Origin: Myxococcales bacterium
GTDB taxonomy: Bacteria > Myxococcota > Myxococcia > Myxococcales > Anaeromyxobacteraceae
DNA length: 17,982 nt
Reading direction: 5' to 3'
Assembly: GCA_038320275.1 (NCBI GenBank)
Contig: JBBQEB010000072.1
Coordinates: forward strand, 1 to 17,982
Shown: piece by piece, positions 1 to 8,377 of the stretch
Layout of the letters: every line of letters starts with the position of its first letter
How positions within the stretch are numbered: position 1 is the stretch's first letter
Translations under genes and position numbers: made by a program
Notes under the pieces: generated by a model
Database searches by the model: none
Seen by the model: the letters and a program-made list of their open reading frames with translations, nothing else
Told to the model about the DNA's origin: nothing

Positions 1-1236
1 CTGCGCCGCCTGGTACTTCATCCAGAATCCGTAGGGCTGGCGCTTCCCGACCTCCGCCTCCGGGATGTGCGGGAAGACGAGCGCCTCGTACTCGCGCGCG
101 CTCCCCAGGCGGCGCTCGCCGACCAGCTTCCTCGCCCGCTCCCGCTCCACCACCAGCCGCCGAAGCGTGGAGGCGAGCGTGGCGAGGACGAGGAACGGGC
201 TCACGCCATCCTCCAGGCTCCGGTCCAGCACCGCCATGGCGCCCGACAGGTCGCGAGCCTCCACCGCGTTCCCCAGCGCGAAGAAAGGGTCGCCGGCGGC
301 GCGCGTCACCACCGCCTCCACGTCCGCGGCGGAGATGCAGGCGCGCTCGCCCACGTACGCCACCAGCTTTCCCAGCTCGCTCGCGAGCGTGCGCGCGTCG
401 TCGCCCACGAGCTCCCCCAGCCTCGCCTCCGCGCCCCCGTCGCAGCTCTTGCCCGTTCCGGCGAGGAGCGCCTCCAGCACGGGCCCGAGCACCACCGGGC
501 CGTCCCCCCACTTTCCCTCCCGCTGGATGGCGAAGGTCATCCGCCGCCCGGCCGCGAGGAGCTTCTTCGCGAGAGGCAGGTTCGAGTCCACCTTGCCGGC
601 CGCGATCACGAGGACGTGTCCCCGAGGAAAGCCGCGCTCCAGCGCCGCCTCCAGCGCGGAGGCGTCGTCGCGCGCCACCCGCAGCTCGCGCTCGAGCGCA
701 TAGCGCGCCGCCGCGGCCACGAAGGCCAGGTCCTCGGGGCGGGCCTCCACCGAAAGCTCGCGCTTCCAGGCGGCCGGGGTGGGCGGGCGGTCCCCGGCCA
801 GCTCCTCGGCGCGCCAACCCGCTTTCGCCGCCAGCGCCAGGAGGCGGCGCGCGCCGTCGCGCTGCGCGCCCTTCGCCCAGGCATCCCGCGCCCGGCGGAA
901 CAGCTCGGTGCCGTCCTCCTTCGACACCAGGAAGGCGGGCTCGGTAGCCAGCACCACCTTGTGCGAGCCCGGCCGGGCGAAGAGCCCCCGGGTCATGATC
1001 TCGGCGGCCACCTCCGCCGGCGAGGTGGCCGGGTCGAGCTCCACCACGTTGAGATCCCGCTCCCCTTCCGGCACCAGGGCACGGGCGAGCTCCCGCGCCG
1101 CCCGGCCCGACAAGAAGGCGTCGCCGTCGAACAGGAGGACGGGGGCGATCTCACCCGCCCGCGCCTCGGCCAGAAGCCCCGCGAGCGTCCCTCCGCCGGC
1201 GTGCCCTGCCGGATTCGGCCTAGCGGGCGGGGGCAT
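1..1236 (-). CDS. holA: DNA polymerase III delta subunit (HolA), long form; 3' end outside the window
   Basis: Not in the ORF track because it has no stop in the window. Hand translation from ATG 1236 is open to base 1: MPPPARPNPAG...EIAPVLLFDGDAFL...RDLNVVELD...EIMTRGLF...KVVLATEP...GHVLVIAAG...ELVGDDARTLASELGKLVAYVGERACISAADVEAVV...DPFFALGNAVEARD. These match the HolA pattern (YLLxGxE, FNxxxxD, xxLF, xxxELxKL, IxxxDV, FxLxxA). The start overlaps the holB stop by 17 nt. Confidence 0.85.
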   Translation of the reverse strand, partial: MPPPARPNPAGHAGGGTLAGLLAEARAGEIAPVLLFDGDAFLSGRAARELARALVPEGERDLNVVELDPATSPAEVAAEIMTRGLFARPGSHKVVLATEPAFLVSKEDGTELFRRARDAWAKGAQRDGARRLLALAAKAGWRAEELAGDRPPTPAAWKRELSVEARPEDLAFVAAAARYALERELRVARDDASALEAALERGFPRGHVLVIAAGKVDSNLPLAKKLLAAGRRMTFAIQREGKWGDGPVVLGPVLEALLAGTGKSCDGGAEARLGELVGDDARTLASELGKLVAYVGERACISAADVEAVVTRAAGDPFFALGNAVEARDLSGAMAVLDRSLEDGVSPFLVLATLASTLRRLVVERERARKLVGERRLGSAREYEALVFPHIPEAEVGKRQPYGFWMKYQAAQ

Positions 1237-2260
1237 GGAACCACCCGATGAGCATCCGCTCCAGCGCTAGCGCCGGCGAGGCGTTCCCCTTCACCGCGGC
1301 CGCGGCCTCGCGGGCCTCCTCGATGCGCCGGACGACCTCCGAGGGCGCCAGCGAGGCGGCCGCCGCGCGGGTGCGCTCCGCGAGCCCTTCCAGCGCCAGC
1401 CGGGCCCGCTCGCCGGCCGCCGCGAAGGCGAGCACGTCGCGCAGCCAGACCTCCAGAAGCGCACAGGTGTCCCGCGCCGCCTCGCGGTCGCCCCCTTCCT
1501 CGCGGGCGAAAGCGATCCAGGTGGAGGCGTCGTCCGGGTCGAGGGCCGCGGCCGCGGCCACGGCCCGCTCGCGCGCTGCGAGCGCCTTCGCGTTCGACGC
1601 CAGCGCGTTCCCGAGCGATCCGCCCGACACGGCGGCGGCCCGGGCGGCATCGCCCGGCGCCCACTTCCGGCGCACCAGCTCCGCCGCCACCAGCCCGTCC
1701 TCCAGCGGCGCGAAGGCGACGCGGGCGCAGCGCGAGCGCACGGTGGGGAGGAGCGCGTCCGGGTTGGCCGCGACGAGGACGAGCGTCGTGTCGTCGGGCG
1801 GCTCCTCCAGCGTCTTGAGGAGCGCGTTCTGGGCTTGCGGCGTCATCGCGTCCGCGGGGTCGATCACCACCACCCGACGCCGCCCCTCGAAGCGGCGCAT
1901 GGCGAGCCGCCGCTCGGCGAGGTCCCGCACCTGGTCCACCACGATGTCCCTGGAGGGCGTGCGTCCACTCCTGGGCTCCCAGCGGCCCGCCTTGGCCATG
2001 ACCCGCTCCTCCGCCAGGACGAGCACGTCGGGGTGGGAACTGCGATCGATCTTCCGGCAAGGGGAGCACGCACCACACGGCCGTTCGGCTTCCACGGGGG
2101 ACTGGCAGTTGGCGGCCTGGGCGAGCAGGAGCGCTGCCTTGGCCTTTCCCACCCCTCGGGGACCGGCGAACAGGTAGGCGTGGTGCAGGGCCCCGCGGCT
2201 GAGCGCCGACCGCAGCGCAGCGACCGCCCGGTCCTGCCCGATGAGCTCCGAGAACGGCAT
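1220..2260 (-). CDS. holB: DNA polymerase III delta' subunit (HolB)
   Basis: HAYLFAGPRGVGK Walker-A-like loop, C4 zinc module (NC...PCGACSPC), HPDV, AQNALLKTLEEPP, LLPTVRSRC. ATG 2260 (MPFSELIGQ) preferred over TTG 2272. Confidence 0.95.
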   Translation of the reverse strand: MPFSELIGQDRAVAALRSALSRGALHHAYLFAGPRGVGKAKAALLLAQAANCQSPVEAERPCGACSPCRKIDRSSHPDVLVLAEERVMAKAGRWEPRSGRTPSRDIVVDQVRDLAERRLAMRRFEGRRRVVVIDPADAMTPQAQNALLKTLEEPPDDTTLVLVAANPDALLPTVRSRCARVAFAPLEDGLVAAELVRRKWAPGDAARAAAVSGGSLGNALASNAKALAARERAVAAAAALDPDDASTWIAFAREEGGDREAARDTCALLEVWLRDVLAFAAAGERARLALEGLAERTRAAAASLAPSEVVRRIEEAREAAAAVKGNASPALALERMLIGWFHAPAR

Positions 2261-2335
2261 GAGGGCGCGCAAGATAGCACGCGGTTGCGCTCATTTCCGC
2301 ACGCTGTGGGCTCAGGTGCGAGGCTGGCACGCATC

Positions 2336-2364
2336 TTGGATACGTGCCGCGACTTGGGTACGGT
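2336..2364 (+). promoter_or_regulatory. Putative sigma70-type promoter of the DivIVA-domain gene
   Basis: TTGGAT (2336-2341), 17-nt spacer, TACGGT (2359-2364); GGAG at 2381-2384, 8 nt before ATG 2393. Confidence 0.45.
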
Positions 2365-2392
2365 GTCCCTCACGAGCCCCGGAGCCCACGCG

Positions 2393-2899
2393 ATGAAGAT
2401 CACGCCTCTCGACCTCACCCAGAAGACCTTCGGCCGCGTCCTGCGCGGCCTCGACCCGCGCGAGGTGGAGCCCGTGCTGGCGCTCGCCGCGTCCGAGCTG
2501 GAGGCGGCCGCGCTGGAGCTCAACGGCTTGCGCGACACGCTCCAGAAGAAGGAAGCGGAGCTCGCCGAGCTGCGCGGGCGCGAGCGCACCCTGCAGGACA
2601 CGCTCGTGACCGCGCAGAAGGCCTGCGAGGGCATCCGCAAGGCGGCGCTCGACGAGGCGGAGCTCACCCGCGCCAAGGCTGCGCTGGAGGGCGAGAAGAT
2701 CGTGCAGAGCGCGCACGAGCGCTACCTGCGCGAGCTGGACGACCTCGCGGAGCTCAGGCGTCAGCGGGTTCAGTTCGAGGCCGGGCTGCGCGCCATGGTG
2801 GAGGCGCAGCTCGAGCTCATGACCTCCTTCGCAGCCCCTCCCTCCGCCGACGCCCAGGGGCGCCAGGGCGCCAAGGCCGCACCCGCCGCTCGCTCCTGA
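2393..2899 (+). CDS. divIVA: DivIVA-domain coiled-coil protein (168 aa)
   Basis: 3' part of ORF 1835..2899. Starts MKITPLDLTQKTFGRVLRGLDPREVE, matching the DivIVA N-terminus (LTPxDIxxKxFxxxxRGYDxxEVD), followed by long heptad coiled coil with TLVTAQK...AE...A..E.EKIV. SD GGAG upstream. Confidence 0.85.
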   Translation: MKITPLDLTQKTFGRVLRGLDPREVEPVLALAASELEAAALELNGLRDTLQKKEAELAELRGRERTLQDTLVTAQKACEGIRKAALDEAELTRAKAALEGEKIVQSAHERYLRELDDLAELRRQRVQFEAGLRAMVEAQLELMTSFAAPPSADAQGRQGAKAAPAARS

Positions 2900-2937
2900 G
2901 GACCGCGCTCGCCTTTCCCACCCGGCGGACGCACGCG

Positions 2938-2970
2938 CCGCTCGTGAAGGGGCATGGCGCAGCTCTCTTC
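2938..2970 (+). repeat. Short hairpin repeat (REP-like) between the convergent divIVA and polA ends; possible terminator
   Basis: CCGCTCGTGAAGGGGCATGGCGCAGCTCTCTTC aligns at 29 of 34 columns with the minus strand of 12948-12980. GAAGGGG can pair with CTCTTC. Confidence 0.5.
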
Positions 2971-2975
2971 TGATT

Positions 2976-5675
2976 TCAATGCGCTGAAGCCCAGCTCTTT
3001 CCCGTCCCCACCTCCACCTCGAGCGGCACCGCCAGGCTCCCCGCCGCCGCCATCTCCTCGCGCAGGATCGCCGACAGCCGCTCCGCGTCCGCCTCCGCCA
3101 CCTCCAGCACGAGCTCGTCGTGCACCTGGAGCAGCAGGCGCGCGTCGAGCCCGCTCCTCGCGAGGGCCCGATCGACCCGCACCATCGCGACCTTGATGAG
3201 GTCGGCGGCCGTCCCCTGGATGGGCGTGTTCACCGCCATGCGCTCCGCGCCCTGCCGCAGCGCCGGGTTGCGGCTGGCGAGCTCCGGGAGCGCCCGCTTG
3301 CGCCCGAAGAGCGTGCGGACCTCGCCGTCCTTGCGGGCCTGGACCACCGTCGCGTCGAGCCATGCCTTCACCGCCGCGTAGCGCGCGAAGTAGCGGTCGA
3401 TGATCCCCTGCGCCTCGGACGGCGGCATGTCGAGCCGCTGCGAGAGACCGAAGGCCGACAGGCCGTAGGCGATGCCGAAGTTCAGCACCTTGGCGATGCG
3501 GCGCTGATCGGAGGTCACCGCGTCGCGCGCCACGCCGAAGGTCTCGGCAGCCGTTCGCGTGTGCACGTCCTCGCCGGTGCGAAACGACTCCAGGAGCGCC
3601 GGGTCGCTCGCGTAGTGGGCGAGGATGCGCAGCTCGATCTGCGAGTAATCGGCGGACGCGATGAGCTGCCCCGGAGGCGCCACGAAGGCGGCCCGGATGC
3701 GTTTCGAGAGCTCGGTGCGAATGGGGATGTTCTGGAGGTTCGGGTCGGAGGAGCTCAACCGACCGGTGGCGGCGCCGCCCTGGTGGAAGGTGGTGTGGAT
3801 GCGCCCGTCCGCCTCGACGAGCTGCGGGAGCGCATCGACGTAGGTGCCCTTGAGCTTCGCCAGGGAGCGGTGCTCCAGCACCAGCGCCGGCATCGGGTGC
3901 GACTCGGAGAGCTTCTCCAGCACGTCCTGGTCGGTGGAAGGCCCCGTCTTCAGCCGCTTCAGCACCGGCAGCCGCAGCTCCTCGAAGAGCACCTGCGCCA
4001 GCTCGCGGGTGGAGGCGATGTTGAAGGCCCGGCCCGCGGCCCCGTGGATGCGCGTCTCCAAGTCCGCCATGGCCGCGCCGAATTCCGCGCTCATGTCGTC
4101 CATGGCGGTGGTGTCCACCAGGATGCCCAGCCGCTCCATGCGGACGAGCACGTCCACCAGCGGCCGCTCCACCTCGTCGTAGAGCTTCGCCACGCCCTCG
4201 TCCTGCATGCCCCGCCGCAGGGCGCGCGCGAGGTCGGGCAGCACCGCCGCGCATGGGCCGGCGAACTCCGCCATCCGCTCCACCGGCAGTTCGCCGGGGA
4301 TCGCCTTCACGACGCGCTTGCCCACCGCCGCTGGCGCCTGCAGGGGCGCCAGCTCGCAGGAGATGCGCTCGCGAGCCACGTCGGCGAGCGCGTGCTCGCG
4401 CCGGGTGGGCAGGAGGAGCCGGCTCGCGATCTCGGTGTCCACCCCGCCGCCGCGGAGCGGGAGCCCCAGCAGCGCCAGCGCGTGCTCCTCGGCCTTGAGG
4501 TCGTGGCCGTGCTTCGCGACCGCCTCATCCTCCAGCAGCGGCCGGAGGGCTTCGCGCGCCTCCGCCAGCGGGAGCTGCGCAGGCATCCCCAGGTAGCGAT
4601 GCGAGAGCGGCAGGTAGAACGCCCTGCCTCCCACCGCGAGCGCGATCCCGGGCGAGGGCTCGGTGCGCGGCATGCCGCCGGAGAGCGCGGCGCGGATCCC
4701 CACCTCGCCCGCCGCCCGCGCGAGCGCCACCGCCTCGTCCAGCGCCGCGCGAGTGAGGATGAGCTCGGTCGCCTCGGCGCGGGCGGTGGGGGGCGGCGCC
4801 GGCAGGTCCTTCAGCAGCCGCGAGAACTCGAGCTCCGTGAACAGCTCGCGCGTGCGCTCGGCGTCGATGTCGCGCCGCTCGAAGGCCTCCGGCGGGTCGG
4901 GTAGCGGCATGTCGCAGCGGAGCTGCACCAGCTTCCGGTTGAGCCTCAGCCGCTCCGCGTTGGCGAGGATCTTGTCCCGCAGCTTCACTCCGCCGCGCGC
5001 CACCGCGGCCGGGATCTCGTCGGCGCGCGCGAGCAGTTCCTCCACCGTGCCGAAGTTGCGCACCAGCGCCGCAGCGGTGACCTCGCCGACGCCCGGGATG
5101 CCCGGCACGTTGTCGATCTTGTCCCCCAGGATCGCCTGGTACTCCACCATCCGCTCCGGCGGGACGCCCATCTTCTTCTCGACCTCGGCGCGCGACGTCC
5201 ACCCGCCCCGACCGCTCGCCTCGGCCATGGGATCGTAGAGGGTGACGTGCTCGCCCACGAGCTGCGCGAAGTCCTTGTCACCGGTCACGATCACGACGTC
5301 CCAGCCGCGGTCGCGCGCCTGGCAGGCCAGGGTGCCGATGACGTCGTCGGCCTCGACGCCCTTCTCCTCCAGCACTGGCACGTTGAGCGCTCGGGCAATG
5401 TCGCGGACCAGGGGAAATTGCGACGCGAGGTCGTCCGGGGCCGCGCTGCGGTTCGCCTTGTAGGTTGGGTCGAGGTCGTGCCGGAAGCTCTTGCGGCTCG
5501 CGTCGAAGACCAGCGCCACGTGCGTCGGCGCGTGCTCCCGCAGCGCCTTCAGGAGCATGGTGGTGAAGCCATAGACGGCGTTCGTCGGCACGCCCTTGGT
5601 GGTCGAGAGGTGCGGCAGGGCGTGGTAGGCGCGGAAGACGAACCCCGAGCCGTCGATGAGCGTGAGCGTGGGCAT
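2976..5675 (-). CDS. polA: DNA polymerase I (899 aa)
   Basis: 5' nuclease motifs LIDGSGFVFRAYHA, EADDVIGT, TGDKD, GDKIDNVPGIPGVG; polymerase motifs TGRLSSSDPNLQNIP, ADYSQIELRILAH, KVLNFGIAYG, NTPIQGTAAD, LLQVHDEL. Confidence 0.99.
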   Translation of the reverse strand: MPTLTLIDGSGFVFRAYHALPHLSTTKGVPTNAVYGFTTMLLKALREHAPTHVALVFDASRKSFRHDLDPTYKANRSAAPDDLASQFPLVRDIARALNVPVLEEKGVEADDVIGTLACQARDRGWDVVIVTGDKDFAQLVGEHVTLYDPMAEASGRGGWTSRAEVEKKMGVPPERMVEYQAILGDKIDNVPGIPGVGEVTAAALVRNFGTVEELLARADEIPAAVARGGVKLRDKILANAERLRLNRKLVQLRCDMPLPDPPEAFERRDIDAERTRELFTELEFSRLLKDLPAPPPTARAEATELILTRAALDEAVALARAAGEVGIRAALSGGMPRTEPSPGIALAVGGRAFYLPLSHRYLGMPAQLPLAEAREALRPLLEDEAVAKHGHDLKAEEHALALLGLPLRGGGVDTEIASRLLLPTRREHALADVARERISCELAPLQAPAAVGKRVVKAIPGELPVERMAEFAGPCAAVLPDLARALRRGMQDEGVAKLYDEVERPLVDVLVRMERLGILVDTTAMDDMSAEFGAAMADLETRIHGAAGRAFNIASTRELAQVLFEELRLPVLKRLKTGPSTDQDVLEKLSESHPMPALVLEHRSLAKLKGTYVDALPQLVEADGRIHTTFHQGGAATGRLSSSDPNLQNIPIRTELSKRIRAAFVAPPGQLIASADYSQIELRILAHYASDPALLESFRTGEDVHTRTAAETFGVARDAVTSDQRRIAKVLNFGIAYGLSAFGLSQRLDMPPSEAQGIIDRYFARYAAVKAWLDATVVQARKDGEVRTLFGRKRALPELASRNPALRQGAERMAVNTPIQGTAADLIKVAMVRVDRALARSGLDARLLLQVHDELVLEVAEADAERLSAILREEMAAAGSLAVPLEVEVGTGKSWASAH

Positions 5676-5740
5676 GCGCGGGGGTGCTTATCCACCGCGC
5701 TCCGGTGAAGCAGCCCGTTCCGCAGCGGCCTCCGCGCTCA

Positions 5741-5923
5741 TAGCGGAGACCGCTTGATCTGATCCCTGCTGCGGCGCACGCTGCCTGCCTGCGCCGGGCA
5801 GACTCCTCGGTCCGCTGCTCGACGTACCTTCCAGGTACGCCTCCGCTGCTCCCTCCTCGTGTGCCCGGCTCGTCGACGGCATCGGGTGCCTCGCGACGGG
5901 CTCAGACCAAGTGGCCTCCGCTC
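5741..5923. mobile_element. MITE-like miniature inverted-repeat element (183 bp)
   Basis: TIRs 5742-5762 AGCGGAGACCGCTTGATCTGA and 5902-5922 (reverse complement AGCGGAGGCCACTTGGTCTGA), 18/21 identical. TCA flanks both sides (5738-5740, 5924-5926). Internal stems GCCGGGCA/TGCCCGGC (5793-5800/5862-5869) and CGTACCT-TCC-AGGTACG (5823-5839). No credible coding capacity. Confidence 0.7.
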
Positions 5924-8377
5924 TCAGCGCAGGCTGGTCACGTCGCCCAGCGACTCGGACGGGCTGAACGAGATGAGCTGGTCGTCGAGGAACGGGACGA
6001 AGGCGCGGATGGGATCGTTCTCGTGGCCGGCAAAGCCGCTCCGGTCGTAGCCCAGCATGCGGCCCGGGCCCGCGCCCCCGGAGCCAGGGCGCCGGAAGGT
6101 CGGGTTCACCCCGCTCTGAGTGGAGAAGGGGATGGCCGCCTCGCGCGGGATGCCGGCCAGCACCGCGGGATCGGTGGAGTCGAGCGGGATGTCGGGCGCC
6201 CCCTGGGCCACCAGGCCGACCTTGAACGCGACGAGCGGGCCGGGCGCCAGCGGGTCCGCGAGCCACGGGTACCCGGCGTAGCACCCGAGCTGGCCCACCG
6301 ACGGACAGGGCGGGTCCGTCGGGTAGAAGCGCCGGCGCGCCTTCCGCACGAGCGAGAGCGCCTCGCCGGCGAGATTCGTCTCCGGCGCCCACTGCAGGGC
6401 GTAGGGCGCATCGAAGGTGGGCCGCCCCGCGTACCCGAGCCCCTGGCTCGTGAGCAGGAGCCCCGACGCGCGGACGGTCACCAGCGTCGTCACCGGCACC
6501 GCGACGCAGCTCGCGCCGGAGCAGGAGGGTGCCGGGAGCTGGGAGAGACAGGGCCCGCTGCCCGCCGGAATCCGGAGGGCGCCGCCTGGCAGGGGGACGC
6601 TGTCCACGGCGAGGGTAGCGCCGCTCGCCGGCACCTGCAGGATGGCGGTCAAGGGCGCCTCGTCCGATGCGGCGTTTCCAGCGGCATCGGTGCAGTCGAG
6701 GTGCACGAGGTCGCCGGGGTGCGCCCCCAGCTCGGGATTGCCCACCTGCGCGCCGACCAGCCAGGCGGCGGCGCCTGCGTTGCCGGTGGCAGCCTGCATC
6801 GCCACCACCACGTCGCCCGCGCCCGTGCGCAGGGCGATCCCGTCGCGCCCGCCAAGCTGGGGCAGCGAGCCCTGCCAGGTGATGCGCCACTCGTCCGCCT
6901 CGGTGTAGCCCGGGGTGACCTGGAAGAAGGCCGGCAGGAGCGTGGGGTCCAGAAGGACGCCGGTCACCGTTCCCGCCGCCGCGGCGTTCTGGGGAAAGTC
7001 GTTCCAGAGCGCGAGGCCCACCGTCTTGCCGTACTCGGAGCTGGCGGGATCGAGCACGGTGGTCGGCTGCACGGAAGACGCCCGGGGAACCGAGACGCGC
7101 GTCGAGCTGCGCATGAGGGAGATGTCGTTCATCGGCCCCCAGCGCCCGAGGTCGAGGAGGTACACCCTTCCGTCGGACGACGCGGCGACGCCCACACGAC
7201 TGGTGTTCCGCTGCCCGCTTCCCGGCGCGGTGAGCATGAGGGGGATGTTCGGGTTGTAGGTATCGTTCAGGATGCGCGACGTTCCCGACGCCGGCGGCCG
7301 GAGGATGGTCATCGGGCCGGGCACGCCCGCGAGCTGCATCGGCGCGCGGTAGGGCAGCTCGTTCACCGGGTCGGGCGCCAGGCCGCCGGTGCTGGGCAGC
7401 AGCGTGACCACGCCACAATTGATGGCAAAGGTCGGGCCGCAGGCGCGGTTGTCCAGCGCCGCGTAGACCTGCACAGGCTGGATGCTGTCTGGACCTCCCT
7501 GGAAGCGGTCCGGCGCGGTCTGGTCGGTGTTGCCGAGGTCGTCGCTCGCCCCCAGGATCCGCTCGCGCACCCGGTCCACCGCCACCGACACGGTCGGCGC
7601 GAGCGCGTCGAGGGCGCCCACCGGCCATGGCGGCGCGCCGGTAGGGTCGATCGTCGCGACGCCCAGCACGGTTTTCCCGCCCGGCACGGGGATGGGGTCC
7701 GGCGTGGCCGCGTAGACGCGCGTGCCGCCCGGGTCGAGCGCCAGGTCCACCGGGTCGAACCCCAGCGTCTGGACCGCGACGGCTGGCGAGGCCACCACGC
7801 CCCCCGTGGCGGGGTCACGGGTGAAGTCCACCGCGGCCAGGCGCCCCCCTGCGAGCCCGACCAGCACGCGAGCCCCCGCGCCGCCCGGCAGCGTCAGTCC
7901 GAGGAGCGAGAGCACGTCGGCCTCGCCGGCAGCGCTCGCCACCCTGTCGAGCGGCACCTCGAAGGCGATCGTCGTGTACGGCGTCCAGGTGTTCACCACC
8001 TGCAGGACGGGGCCGCCCAGGAAGGCGCCGCGCGCGCCGGCGCTCACCACGACCAGCACGTCCGCGCCGCCATCGTCCAGCGTGGCCGACGCGAGCTGCA
8101 GCGGCCGGGGCGCGGTGGGGACGGAGAGCGGAAACACGAGCCCCGGGCCGAGCACCGGCTGCTCGTCGGACGGATCGACGATGCGGAGCTCGTCCCCGCG
8201 GCTGGCGGTGACGGCCAGGTACTCGCGCAGCCCGGGCCCCTTGGAGGTGACCCCTGCGTAGCGGACCACCGCCGTCGGGCCCGCCAGGCGGACACCCACG
8301 CTCCTGGGCCCCGTGGAGCATCCTCCCGCCGCGGCGGCGGCGAGGAAGGCGAGGCCGAGAATCCCCCGGGCGCTCAC
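5924..8377 (-). CDS. Large lipoprotein (817 aa), predicted beta-propeller with an additional inserted beta domain; function unknown
   Basis: Real start inside ORF 5924..9286 is GTG 8377, in a GTGA overlap with the upstream stop. Signal peptide and lipobox MSARGILGLAFLAAAAAGG-C. Blade-like repeats AGPTAVV, PRPLQLA, GFDPVDLALDPGGTRVYAA, VGVAASSDGRVYLLDL. Eight further Cys. Confidence 0.8.
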   Translation of the reverse strand: MSARGILGLAFLAAAAAGGCSTGPRSVGVRLAGPTAVVRYAGVTSKGPGLREYLAVTASRGDELRIVDPSDEQPVLGPGLVFPLSVPTAPRPLQLASATLDDGGADVLVVVSAGARGAFLGGPVLQVVNTWTPYTTIAFEVPLDRVASAAGEADVLSLLGLTLPGGAGARVLVGLAGGRLAAVDFTRDPATGGVVASPAVAVQTLGFDPVDLALDPGGTRVYAATPDPIPVPGGKTVLGVATIDPTGAPPWPVGALDALAPTVSVAVDRVRERILGASDDLGNTDQTAPDRFQGGPDSIQPVQVYAALDNRACGPTFAINCGVVTLLPSTGGLAPDPVNELPYRAPMQLAGVPGPMTILRPPASGTSRILNDTYNPNIPLMLTAPGSGQRNTSRVGVAASSDGRVYLLDLGRWGPMNDISLMRSSTRVSVPRASSVQPTTVLDPASSEYGKTVGLALWNDFPQNAAAAGTVTGVLLDPTLLPAFFQVTPGYTEADEWRITWQGSLPQLGGRDGIALRTGAGDVVVAMQAATGNAGAAAWLVGAQVGNPELGAHPGDLVHLDCTDAAGNAASDEAPLTAILQVPASGATLAVDSVPLPGGALRIPAGSGPCLSQLPAPSCSGASCVAVPVTTLVTVRASGLLLTSQGLGYAGRPTFDAPYALQWAPETNLAGEALSLVRKARRRFYPTDPPCPSVGQLGCYAGYPWLADPLAPGPLVAFKVGLVAQGAPDIPLDSTDPAVLAGIPREAAIPFSTQSGVNPTFRRPGSGGAGPGRMLGYDRSGFAGHENDPIRAFVPFLDDQLISFSPSESLGDVTSLR

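Noticed and set aside
5741..5923. 6S RNA (similar length, rod with central bubble)
   Set aside because: TIRs plus a flanking 3-bp duplication fit a MITE better, and no promoter or 6S consensus was recognised. Not formally excluded without an Rfam search.
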